Origin: Gammaproteobacteria bacterium
GTDB lineage: Bacteria; Pseudomonadota; Gammaproteobacteria; G965277405
DNA length: 64,000 bases
NCBI GenBank assembly: GCA_965277405.1
Contig: OZ255726.1
Location: 1,056,001-1,120,000 of the forward strand
Direction of reading: 5' to 3'
Position 1 is the stretch's first letter. The number at the start of each line of letters is the position of its first letter. The notes beneath the pieces were generated by a model. That model was not told the DNA's origin, ran no database searches, and worked only from the letters and a program-made list of their open reading frames with translations. The position numbers and the translations under genes were made by a program. This document shows, piece after piece, positions 31,912-41,176 of this stretch.

Positions 31912-32769
31912 ATGTCAATATTTGCCTTGCTAATTGTGCTTGGCGCCGCGTTTTGCCACGCTGGCTGGAATTTTCTTTTCAAACGTGTCAACGGTGGCGT
32001 TGCAGTGATTTGGCTGTTCTCACTGCTATCGAGCATAATCTATCTACCGCTTGCTGCTGTTGTGTTTTTGCAACAACAAGCTGCATTTAACGCTACGCAA
32101 CTAATTTTTATTGCTGGCAGTGCGGTATCCCACATGGCTTATTTTTTATTGCTGCAAAGAGGGTATAGGAAAGGTGATTTGTCCCTAGTATATCCAACTG
32201 CAAGGGCCTGTGGTCCGCTGCTAGCAACATTGTTCGCGGTCACGATGTTGGGTGAAGCAATATCATGGCAAATCGGTATTGGGATGCTCGTCATTATTGT
32301 CGGTGTGCTGATGCTAACGGGTGGTTTTTTGCACCGTAGCGTAAGCCAGCGGGCGTCGATTATATTTGGTTTTGCGATAGGTTTGCTGATTGGCGGTTAT
32401 ACCACATGGGATGCCTACGCCGTCACAGCGCTGGTGATACCGCCAATATTGCTTGACTATTGCAACAATATTTTTTGCGTATGTTGGCTTGCTCCGCATG
32501 CCTGCAGGCATCGACAAACCGTACAGGCTCAGTGGCGTGAGCATAAACGCACGATTGTATGGATTGCGCTGCTCAATCCGTTGGCGTACATCTTGGTGCT
32601 GTATGCGCTGACGTTTACTCCAGTGGTATACGTTGCACCGACCAGAGAAATCAGCGTGTTGCTCACCGTGTTGCTGGGCACATGGTTGCTGGGTGAGGGG
32701 TACTGGAAGGTGCGGCTGGCATGGTCTGCGGTTATTTTGTTGGGGGTGACGTTGTTGGCAACAGCGTAG
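31912..32769 (+). CDS. EamA/DMT family transporter
   Basis: HAGWN, GDLSLVYP, RE.SV; about ten hydrophobic segments. Confidence 0.85.
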   Translation: MSIFALLIVLGAAFCHAGWNFLFKRVNGGVAVIWLFSLLSSIIYLPLAAVVFLQQQAAFNATQLIFIAGSAVSHMAYFLLLQRGYRKGDLSLVYPTARACGPLLATLFAVTMLGEAISWQIGIGMLVIIVGVLMLTGGFLHRSVSQRASIIFGFAIGLLIGGYTTWDAYAVTALVIPPILLDYCNNIFCVCWLAPHACRHRQTVQAQWREHKRTIVWIALLNPLAYILVLYALTFTPVVYVAPTREISVLLTVLLGTWLLGEGYWKVRLAWSAVILLGVTLLATA

Positions 32770-32873
32770 GTCGCTGTGGTTGACAACCGGTGTTGCCAGC
32801 TAGCGCATTATGCTGCAAGAAAGACCCTTGCATGCTAGCAACGTTGTTGCAATGCGCGTTGAGTGTATTATTA

Positions 32874-32886
32874 TTCATTTAATGAA
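32874..32886. promoter_or_regulatory. Possible operator of the SorC-family regulator
   Basis: Palindrome TTCAT-n3-ATGAA just downstream of a TATTAT -10-like hexamer and upstream of the regulator start. Confidence 0.3.
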
Positions 32887-32903
32887 AATAAATCGAATTT
32901 ACC

Positions 32904-33941
32904 GTGCAGCCACATAACTTAGACACCATTGCCTCACGGGTTGCTTGGATGTATTACGTTGCTGATATGACGCAGGGTGCTATTGCGGCTGAATTAGAAA
33001 TACCCCAAGCAAAAGTCCATCGATTACTGGTGCGCGCCAAAAAAATGGGGGTTGTGCAGATTACCATTGACCCAATCGTCAAAGAATGTATCGAACTTGA
33101 GCAAACCATTCAACACACCTTTGGGTTGACGATGGTGTGTGTTGCTCCAGCGTTGCCAGCGTCAGCTATAGAGCATGGATTGTTTGATGCGCTAGGGCGC
33201 CGACCATCAGTCGACAACCCCTCTCGCTGCGCTATAGAGCATGGATTGTTTGATGCGCTAGGGCGCATGGGAGCATTGTTTCTGCAAAATCAGTTGAAAA
33301 AAAACAGTTACACAACTGTAGGTTTTGGTCATGGACGAACGATGTCTGCGTTGGTAGTTCACTATATCCATACCAGTACAACCAATACAAGGTTCGTCTC
33401 GTTACTGGGTGGGTTGACGCAAAAATTTGCCGCAAACCCATACGATGTTATCCATAAATTTGCAGAAAAAACCAATGCTGATGCTTTTTTGATTCCTGCG
33501 CCGTTGTTTGCCGACACCGAGGAAGATAAGAATTTGATGATGCAGCAAAGCATGATAAAAAAAGTTGATGAGATTATCGCTGATGTTGGTCTGGCACTAT
33601 TTGGCATCGGTTGTATTGATGATACCAGCGCGGCATACATCGATAAAAGTAGCGCAGATTTGGGCGCGATTGTGCAAACGTTTGCAGAGCAACACGTGTG
33701 CGCAGAATTGCTCGGGTGTTTTTTTGATGTTGACGGTAACCGCGTCCATACAGCGCTAGATGGACGGTTGATGGGTGCCAATATCAACACGTTACATAGC
33801 GCTAAAAAAATCGCTATTGCCGGAGGAGTCAACAAGCGTGGTGCGATTGTTGCAGCGCTGCGGACGGGGTTATTAAACGGACTGATTACCGATGAAGATA
33901 CCGCGCGACATCTTGTGCTCCACGCGGATACTGGTAAATAA
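32904..33941 (+). CDS. SorC/DeoR-family sugar-binding transcriptional regulator (EryD-like) with a 22-aa in-frame insertion
   Basis: AWMYY...TQ..IA HTH, G.GRT, GGL, APL, LITDE.TA. Confidence 0.88.
   Translation: MQPHNLDTIASRVAWMYYVADMTQGAIAAELEIPQAKVHRLLVRAKKMGVVQITIDPIVKECIELEQTIQHTFGLTMVCVAPALPASAIEHGLFDALGRRPSVDNPSRCAIEHGLFDALGRMGALFLQNQLKKNSYTTVGFGHGRTMSALVVHYIHTSTTNTRFVSLLGGLTQKFAANPYDVIHKFAEKTNADAFLIPAPLFADTEEDKNLMMQQSMIKKVDEIIADVGLALFGIGCIDDTSAAYIDKSSADLGAIVQTFAEQHVCAELLGCFFDVDGNRVHTALDGRLMGANINTLHSAKKIAIAGGVNKRGAIVAALRTGLLNGLITDEDTARHLVLHADTGK
33165..33266. repeat. Exact 36-bp direct repeat separated by 30 bp of unique sequence, in frame
   Basis: GCTATAGAGCATGGATTGTTTGATGCGCTAGGGCGC at 33165-33200 and 33231-33266. 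Confidence 0.95.
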
Positions 33942-33946
33942 CCAAT

Positions 33947-35443
33947 ATGACTGCGTACGACGTCTGCGTGATTGGAGGTGGGATCAACGGAGTGGGGATT
34001 GCCCGCGATGCTGCCGGGCGTGGGCTATCAGTAATATTGTGTGAAAAAGGTGACCTTGGCGAAGGAACATCGTCAAAATCGAGTAAATACATCCACGGTG
34101 GGTTGCGATACTTGGAATACTATCAATTTCGCTTGGTGCGTGAAGCGTTGGGTGAACGTGAAGTTATTATGGGAATTGCCCCGCATATTTCACACCCACT
34201 GCGGTTGCATCTTATCCATAGTAAAGAGCAGCGCCCGCGTTGGTTGATTCGACTAGGGTTGTTTTTGTATGATAATCTTAGTAAGCGTAAACAGTTGCCT
34301 GCAAGCACTGCTGTCGATTTTTCAAAGATTCCGCATCAGGGTGTCTTAAAGACTGAATATAAACGCGGCTTTAGCTATTCTGATGGCTGGGTCGACGATG
34401 CTAGATTGGTGGTACTGAATGCAGTAGATGCGCACCAACGTGGGGCAGAGATTGCGGTGCGGACAGCGTTTACTGGTGCAAAAAAAACTGCAGCAGGTTG
34501 GGAAGTAACGTTGGTAAGCGCAGCAATAGGCGAATATACAGTACAAGCTAAATCACTCGTTAACGCAGCTGGGCCATGGGTCGAAAACACTATTCGCAAT
34601 ATTGAACACATAAAAAAAAGCCGCAACATCCGTTTGGTAAAGGGCAGCCACATCATCACCAAACGCTGGTGGCAGGGAGATCATGGCTATGTGTTGCAAA
34701 ATCACGACAAACGTATCGTGTTTGTAAGCCCATATTTTGCTGACCTTGCGTTGATAGGTACGACAGATACACCATATGTAGGAGCTGTCGAAGATGTCGC
34801 TATAGATGATCAAGAACTCAGCTATTTATTATCCGTGTGCAACCGTTATTTCACCCATCAGCTGCGTGCAGATGACGTGCTTACTACGTATTCTGGAGTA
34901 CGCCCATTATTCGACGATGACGCGGCAAAAAATGCATCGGCTGTCAGCCGAGATTATCTACTTGATTTTGATAGAGACACAGCAATGCTGAATGTTTTCG
35001 GTGGTAAACTCACCACATACCGCAAGTTAGCATTTGCTGCGGTGAATACCTTACAGCCACTGTTTCCTAATATAAGTATGGCAGACTGGACTGGTGGTCA
35101 ATCGCTCCCTGGAGGTGAATACCGCAGCAAGGATCTGGAAAAAGTGCGCAATGGCTTTGTTGCGGCACATGCGTGGTTAGATGAGTCACTAGCGCTGCTA
35201 TATTTTAGTTACTATGGCAAGCGCGCTGAGTCAATGTTGGCAGGCAAGCAGAGTATGGGCGACCTTGGGAAACATTTTGGCGGTCAACTTTTCGAAGCTG
35301 AGGTGCGTTGGCTGCAGCAGCACGAATGGGCACACAGCGCTGCTGATATTATTTGGCGGCGCACTAAACACGGATTATGGCTGAGCAAACCGCAAATCAA
35401 AGCCCTTGCTACGTGGCTCGAAGAGAATCCTATATCCGCGTAA
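33947..35443 (+). CDS. FAD-dependent glycerol-3-phosphate dehydrogenase family (GlpD/EryB-like)
   Basis: IGGGING.GIARDA.GRG, HGGLRYLE, DDARLV, KGSHI, GVRPL, GGKLTTYR, WRRTK. Confidence 0.9.
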   Translation: MTAYDVCVIGGGINGVGIARDAAGRGLSVILCEKGDLGEGTSSKSSKYIHGGLRYLEYYQFRLVREALGEREVIMGIAPHISHPLRLHLIHSKEQRPRWLIRLGLFLYDNLSKRKQLPASTAVDFSKIPHQGVLKTEYKRGFSYSDGWVDDARLVVLNAVDAHQRGAEIAVRTAFTGAKKTAAGWEVTLVSAAIGEYTVQAKSLVNAAGPWVENTIRNIEHIKKSRNIRLVKGSHIITKRWWQGDHGYVLQNHDKRIVFVSPYFADLALIGTTDTPYVGAVEDVAIDDQELSYLLSVCNRYFTHQLRADDVLTTYSGVRPLFDDDAAKNASAVSRDYLLDFDRDTAMLNVFGGKLTTYRKLAFAAVNTLQPLFPNISMADWTGGQSLPGGEYRSKDLEKVRNGFVAAHAWLDESLALLYFSYYGKRAESMLAGKQSMGDLGKHFGGQLFEAEVRWLQQHEWAHSAADIIWRRTKHGLWLSKPQIKALATWLEENPISA

Positions 35444-35461
35444 ATTGGTCAATATGTTACG

Positions 35462-36211
35462 ATGATTGTTGACTGGCAATTTTATGCGTTCGCAATTCCT
35501 GCGGTAGTATTATTCGGGATGGGCAAGGGCGGTCTCGGAGGGGTATTCACATTAGCTGCTGTACCGCTTATTACCTTAGGCACAAACACCGTAACAGCGG
35601 TTGCTGTACTCCTGCCAATTCTTTGCGTCATGGATATTATCGTCGTCCACAAATACTGGAAATATTGGGATTACCATACCTGCAAACCTATTTTTGCGGG
35701 AATAGTCGTCGGCAGTATTTTTGGTTTTTGGTTTTGGGGTTCGGTCGATGAACAATTGCTACTACTGGTCATCGGCAGTATTGCCATTGTCTTTGCTACT
35801 AATTTTTTAATCGGTGTCGAACCACAACTACCGCGGCGGTATAATCATATTTTTGGCGTTATTTGTTCAACTATAGCCGGGTTTGCCAGCTTTATTATCC
35901 ATGCTGGGGCTGCGCCGCTTACCATCTATTTGAACACCCTCAAATTATCTCCAATCAAATTTATGGCGACGTTTACCATGGCGTTTGCCTTGAGCAATTA
36001 CGGCAAGTTGATTCCCTACTACATGCTAGATATGTTGAGCACTAAATACCTGCTCACCGCATTGGTATTAATGCCGCTGGCACCAATTGGTGTAGGATTG
36101 GGTTTTTATTTTCTCAAGAAATTCAATGTCAAAATATTCCAAACCTACATTGCGGTAACGCTGCTGATTATTGGCGCGAAGCTCGTATATGATGGATGTA
36201 TTGGCTGGTAA
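35462..36211 (+). CDS. TauE/SafE sulfite exporter family membrane protein
   Basis: G.GKGGLGG, LLPILCVMD, SF..HAG, N..KLIPY. Confidence 0.85.
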   Translation: MIVDWQFYAFAIPAVVLFGMGKGGLGGVFTLAAVPLITLGTNTVTAVAVLLPILCVMDIIVVHKYWKYWDYHTCKPIFAGIVVGSIFGFWFWGSVDEQLLLLVIGSIAIVFATNFLIGVEPQLPRRYNHIFGVICSTIAGFASFIIHAGAAPLTIYLNTLKLSPIKFMATFTMAFALSNYGKLIPYYMLDMLSTKYLLTALVLMPLAPIGVGLGFYFLKKFNVKIFQTYIAVTLLIIGAKLVYDGCIGW

Positions 36212-36243
36212 CAGTATATGTTGTTGTATGTCAGATTCACCAT

Positions 36244-36268
36244 CATCATGGACTTAATCAGAGGTTCC
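36244..36268 (-). mobile_element. Isolated MITE end (25 bp)
   Basis: CATCATGGACTTAATCAGAGGTTCC followed by TTA; matches the end of copy 2 (22604-22628) with one mismatch. Confidence 0.8.
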
Positions 36269-36457
36269 TTATATATCTGTTGTTATGATGTCAAGCACTG
36301 ACGCAGTCATCAAGCCGCAACATGGTACAAACCAGTCATGACAGGGTTGTCCAGATTGTGATGTGCTCCGATATGATTTATGCTGAATATGTAGATGAGC
36401 GCTGGCCATAGGCTAGCAGATGTTCGTCATTCTAGATATTTCGCGCGGGTATAACTG

Positions 36458-37765
36458 ATGAAGAAGTGGTTGAGTGTTGAGGAAATACAGCGATTTCGCC
36501 AGCAACATCCGCAGGTGACAGAAGTAGATGTATTGCTGGCAGATATCAATGGGATTTTACGTGGTAAACGGATGAGGCTAGACAAGATTGACAGCTATGC
36601 CGCAGCTGGACTAGCAGTAATGCCGTTGTCGATGGGGTTGCAATCTATTGCAGGAAATGCTCCACCAGTGTCTACTTTTGTGGCAGATATTGCGTTTGGC
36701 GACCCCGATTATCATTGTCGTGGGCAAGCCAAGACACTCCGAGTTAATCATAGTGACCGCGGGGTGTTGGGGATTGGTGCGACAAGTGATGATGGACTGC
36801 GCTGGCATCAATATGATCCGCGCCGAGTGCTTGATGATATTTGCGAGCGGATTGCCCCGCATGACATTTTATGCACGATTGAACTCGAATTTTATTTGTT
36901 CGGAGCGTCTGCACTTGGCGAAAAAAAGCATGGACAATGTTATGGCATTGAAGAGTTAACGCAGATCGATACTTTTTTGCAGTACGTTACCAACCGTGCA
37001 GCTGCCATTGGTTTGGCATTGGAAAGTATTTCTAAAGAATACGGTTCAGAGCAGTTTGAAATTACGACATTACCAACAACACCACAACAGGCATGCTGGG
37101 ATGTAGTCATGCTACGCTGGTTGGTCCGTCAAGTTGCTCAAGAATGTAACATGGAAGCGACATTCATGGCGAAACCGTATGCGCATCAGGTTGGCAATGG
37201 CATGCATGTCAACGTCAGCCTGTGGCAAGGGCGGGACAATATATTTTTCGATAAGGTACAACAAGGCCCAAGTCAACAATGCATGCACGCCATTGCGGGG
37301 CTGCAACAGCTATTTTTAGAAACGGTGTTGGTGTGCGCACCGCATGTAAATTCGTACAAGCGCTTTGCGGTAGGCAACTATGCTCCGATCAATGCCAGTT
37401 GGGCGGTCAATAGCAGGCATGTTGCGCTGCGCTTGCCGCTTAGTAATGAACAATCGATGCGGCTTGAGCACCGAGTAGCGGGGGCAGACGCCAATCCGTA
37501 CTTAGTGCTTGCCGCAGTACTTGCAGGTATTGATGCAGGGATGCAATGCAAAAAAATGCCATTGGCCGCAGGCAAATATAAACATTCATGCCACGGCATA
37601 GGGTTTGAAACAGCGTTGCTATATTACCGCCGCGGCAAAACTCTCAAGCAGTATTGGCAGCATGGATTTCACAATCTTTTTGCTAAGTTGCGCCAATGGG
37701 AATGGCAGCAATATTCAAGCCAAGTGAGCAGTACAGAGCGCAACTGGTATAGCAGCGTGTTATAA
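36458..37765 (+). CDS. Glutamine synthetase-like gamma-glutamyl ligase (PuuA/SpuI-like)
   Basis: DINGILRGKR, ELEFYL, QFEI, FMAKP...GNGMH, NSYKRF, RLEHRVAGADANPYL. Confidence 0.85.
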   Translation: MKKWLSVEEIQRFRQQHPQVTEVDVLLADINGILRGKRMRLDKIDSYAAAGLAVMPLSMGLQSIAGNAPPVSTFVADIAFGDPDYHCRGQAKTLRVNHSDRGVLGIGATSDDGLRWHQYDPRRVLDDICERIAPHDILCTIELEFYLFGASALGEKKHGQCYGIEELTQIDTFLQYVTNRAAAIGLALESISKEYGSEQFEITTLPTTPQQACWDVVMLRWLVRQVAQECNMEATFMAKPYAHQVGNGMHVNVSLWQGRDNIFFDKVQQGPSQQCMHAIAGLQQLFLETVLVCAPHVNSYKRFAVGNYAPINASWAVNSRHVALRLPLSNEQSMRLEHRVAGADANPYLVLAAVLAGIDAGMQCKKMPLAAGKYKHSCHGIGFETALLYYRRGKTLKQYWQHGFHNLFAKLRQWEWQQYSSQVSSTERNWYSSVL

Positions 37766-39010
37766 GCGCTGGCTGGCGGCGGTATGTTGCAAATGCGCAA
37801 TAGCGGGCAGATCAAACACATCCATTGCTTTGCCAGCGAGGAGAAACGAACCAAATATAAGCAATGGTTGTTGTTGCGCAAGCAGCCATTGCTCGATGTC
37901 CTGCCAATCAATAACTGCTGCATTGCCATCGAATACAGCATTCAGCCTTGCAAGCGGCATTGCCCGAGTGCTTGGTGGCTGAGTGATGAACCAATGCTCA
38001 ACGGTTGGGAATTGCTGATAAAACGGTTGCAGTACTTTGTCGGACATTGCCGTGAAGATTGCCGCCCTGGCGGGAAACTGGCGTTTGGCAAGTGCGTGAA
38101 TGCTTGCTTGATTGTGGGCGCAGTCGATATACACGGTGCTATTGCCGATACGATATCTGCTTTGCCGCGCTGGAAAGGCTAGAGTGGCTAACACCGTATC
38201 GACGCTGGAGGACAGTATTTTTATTTGTGCAGCTTCGCAGGCAGCAAGCGTTAAGGCAATATTTACTGGTTGAAAGTGTGCAGGCATTGGCACTTGTATG
38301 ATGTTATTGCCAACATAGCGACCAGCGGCACTCAAGCTAAAATCTTGGTTGAAAACGCGTAATTCTGCCTGTTGCTGGTGCGCTGCTGTGCGAATAGCCT
38401 GGTGCGCTGCGGCACTACAAATTATTGCATTCTTGGCAATAATTCCTGCCTTTTCATGAGCAATTTTAGCAATCGTACCCCCGAGCCATTGTTGGTGGTC
38501 AAGGTCAATGGTGGTGATGACGGCAATCGGTGCCGGGAATGCTGCGACTGCATCATATCTGCCGCCAAGCCCAACTTCACTGATAATAATATCAAGGCTG
38601 TGTTGTTGAAACACCCAGAATGCCAGCAGCGTGTTGTATTCAAAAAAAGTAAGTTGTAAATCAGCACATTGTGTATGAATTGCCTGCAGCCCTTTGGCAA
38701 GTATTTTGTCTGCAATAGCTAGCCCGTCAATACGAATACGTTCGCTAAAGCTGCGCAAATGTGGCGATGTCAACGTGCCAACACGTAGGTTATGGGCAAT
38801 GGCGCAGTGTTCAATCAACGTTGTCACAGTGCCTTTCCCATTGGTACCAGCAACAGATATATGGGTGGGACGCACTGAAATTGCCAGACGTTGCCGTGCT
38901 GCTTGGACGCGGTCTAACGTCAGATCAATAATGGCACTGGGGGCGGTATGCTCAAGCCAAGCTAACCAGCACGGAAGATTGGCGGAGTTGCGCGGACTAG
39001 CTGGTTGCAA
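37760..39010 (-). CDS. folC: Folylpolyglutamate/dihydrofolate synthase
   Basis: VAGTNGKGT, TSPHL...ERI, EVGLGGRYDA, DLDH, EKAGI, DCAHN, GSF; follows accD. Confidence 0.93.
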   Translation of the reverse strand: MQPASPRNSANLPCWLAWLEHTAPSAIIDLTLDRVQAARQRLAISVRPTHISVAGTNGKGTVTTLIEHCAIAHNLRVGTLTSPHLRSFSERIRIDGLAIADKILAKGLQAIHTQCADLQLTFFEYNTLLAFWVFQQHSLDIIISEVGLGGRYDAVAAFPAPIAVITTIDLDHQQWLGGTIAKIAHEKAGIIAKNAIICSAAAHQAIRTAAHQQQAELRVFNQDFSLSAAGRYVGNNIIQVPMPAHFQPVNIALTLAACEAAQIKILSSSVDTVLATLAFPARQSRYRIGNSTVYIDCAHNQASIHALAKRQFPARAAIFTAMSDKVLQPFYQQFPTVEHWFITQPPSTRAMPLARLNAVFDGNAAVIDWQDIEQWLLAQQQPLLIFGSFLLAGKAMDVFDLPAIAHLQHTAASQRL

Positions 39011-39018
39011 GTGTTGGA

Positions 39019-39885
39019 CTATTTGCTGTTAACATTTGCAGTTAACATTTGTAATAGATGGGCAATTGTTGATCGCATCATTGTTCTGGTGACAATCATA
39101 TCTACAGCACCGTGCTCAAGCAAAAATTTACTGGTTTGAAATCCTTCAGGGAGTGTTTCGCGCACTGTTTGTTGAATAACCCGAGGTCCGGCAAATCCTA
39201 CTGCAGCATCGGCTTCTGCAATAATAACATCACCAAGCATCGCTAAACTGGCGGTTACCCCTCCATATGTTGGGTCGGTGAGCACAGATATAAAAGGAAT
39301 ATTGTGTTGTTTCAGTTTGGCGATTGCCGCGCTAGTTTTCCCCATTTGCATCAGCGACATCAGCCCTTCTTGCATGCGTGCGCCGCCGCTTGATGAAAAG
39401 CAAATAAAAGGATGTTTATTGACAATGGCCAGATCACAACATTGGCGAAAAATTTCACCAATTCCCGAACTCATTGATCCACCAAGAAAGGCGAAGTCAA
39501 ATGCCATAATAACGACGGGCTGTTTCATTAACGTCCCTGAATATGCGAGTGCAGCTTCTTGATTTCCAGTTTTCTTTTGCGCATCAGCAATACGATCTAC
39601 ATAGCGTTTTGAATCTTTGAACTTGAGCCAATCGTAAGGTTTGATATTTTCACAAATAGCAACACGACCTTCGCCGTCAAGAAAAATATCAATGCGCCGT
39701 TTGGCAGAAATTCTGTGGTGGTGTTGACAATGGGGACAAATAGATAGTTTTTTTTCTAAATCAGGAATGTAGAGAGCTTTATCGCAACGAGAACACTTTT
39801 CCCATAGCCCTTTCGGTATTTGATGTTGTCCACTTTGCGCAATGTCGCTTGATAGTCCAGCAACAATCCTATTGAACCAATTCAT
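39019..39885 (-). CDS. accD: Acetyl-CoA carboxylase carboxyltransferase beta subunit
   Basis: Zn-finger CxxC...CxxC, SGGARMQEG, PTYGGVTAS, GFAGPRVI. The real start is MNWF at 39885; the longer ORF runs into the IS. Confidence 0.96.
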   Translation of the reverse strand: MNWFNRIVAGLSSDIAQSGQHQIPKGLWEKCSRCDKALYIPDLEKKLSICPHCQHHHRISAKRRIDIFLDGEGRVAICENIKPYDWLKFKDSKRYVDRIADAQKKTGNQEAALAYSGTLMKQPVVIMAFDFAFLGGSMSSGIGEIFRQCCDLAIVNKHPFICFSSSGGARMQEGLMSLMQMGKTSAAIAKLKQHNIPFISVLTDPTYGGVTASLAMLGDVIIAEADAAVGFAGPRVIQQTVRETLPEGFQTSKFLLEHGAVDMIVTRTMMRSTIAHLLQMLTANVNSK

Positions 39886-39944
39886 TACATATATTGTGTG
39901 AAAAAGGCAGTTTGCATCAAAATTGATATTTTGTAAATGCTTAG

Positions 39945-41172
39945 GGAAGCTCTGATTAAGACTCGCATATACTCCAAGAACTCGCATATACTCCAAAAAA
40001 GTAATAGCAATAATTTTCAATGGTCAATATTTGATCATTTCGCTGATCTTCGTGTTGCTGTTTTACTGTTTTTTTACTGTTTTTTACTGTTTTTCTTGTT
40101 TTTTACTGTTTTTCTTGAATTTTGGGCGGTTCTATCCTGTTAGTCGTCCTCGCAGCATGTATAAGTTCGTCAATGCAAGCAAAGAAAATACTTGTACTCG
40201 ATTCTTTTCTAGTCCTTTGTAGCGAGCTTTCTTATAACCAAACTGACATTTGATTACCCGAAAACAGTGCTCAATCCGGGCGCGCACCTTAGAGTTCTGT
40301 CTATTGCGTTTGCGCTGCGAGCCGCTCATTTGCTGCTTTGGTTTACGTTTATCATTCACGCGCCAATCTATCCCAAGGTGACGCGAGCCGCGTTTATAAC
40401 TGTCGCTCGTATATCCTGCATCGGCAAAGATAACCTTATCTGTTTCACGCAGCAATTTTGGGAGTTCATTGATGTCAGCTTCATTCGCGGCTGTCACTGT
40501 CGCGCTATGAATCATATTGCTATTAGCGTCAGTTCCTATATGAATCTTCATGCCAAAATACCACTGATTGCCTTTCCTTGTTTGATGCATTTCAGGATCA
40601 CGGGCTTTCTCTTTATTCTTCGTAGATGATGGTGCATGGATGATCGTGGCATCAACCATCGACCCTTGTGAGATTGTTATATTATTTTCCATACAATACT
40701 CATTCACCACAGCAAGTATCTTGACGCTGAGTTGATGTTTTTCTATGATCCTGCGGAAGTTCAAGATGGTAGTTTCATCAGGGATGGCATCGTCTATCAG
40801 CTCTATATGGGCAAAACGCCGCATGCTTTCCATGTCATATAGTGCTTCTTCTACCCCTGGGTCTGATAAGTTGTACCATTGCTGTAACAATAAACGCGTA
40901 ACATGGTCTGCATATTAATTGGTGGGCGGCCATTCCCTTTCTTGGGATAATGCGGTTCTATTAACGCTAACAACCGTTGCCATGGAGCTAATTTGTCCAT
41001 CGACTGCAAGAATTTTTCACGTTTTGTTGTTACTTTCTTGTGGTCGTATGCAGCACTGGCAAAAGTTGTTTGTTTCATAAGATTATCCGCTTATTCAAAT
41101 ATTCAAATAGATTCACCATTGTATATCTTTCTAGCTGATATTGCTGTTGTTTGGGACTTAATCAGAGCTTCC
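39945..41172 (-). mobile_element. IS5-family (IS5 subgroup) insertion sequence, 1228 bp
   Basis: Perfect TIRs GGAAGCTCTGATTAAG / CTTAATCAGAGCTTCC, flanked by TTAG and TTAA, enclosing a DDE transposase. Confidence 0.93.
40132..41078 (-). pseudogene. IS5-family transposase split by a 1-nt frameshift near 40885-40890
   Basis: N-part (TKREKFL, GRPP, MLRVY) and C-part (LQQWYNLSD, IPDETTILNFR, VDATII, KGNQWYFGMKIH, ADAGY, RARIEH.F..IK.QFG) are in different frames. Confidence 0.85.
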
Positions 41173-41176
41173 TTAA

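Noticed and set aside
33165-33266. Bona fide CRISPR array
   Set aside because: Only two repeats, the repeat is ordinary coding sequence, and there is no leader or cas gene. Kept only as a possible ectopic integration scar.
39886-40020. N-terminal extension of AccD
   Set aside because: The extension runs through the IS terminal repeat; the homologous start is MNWF at 39885.
40851-40895. Programmed ribosomal frameshift in the transposase
   Set aside because: No recognisable slippery heptamer; a single-base loss explains it.
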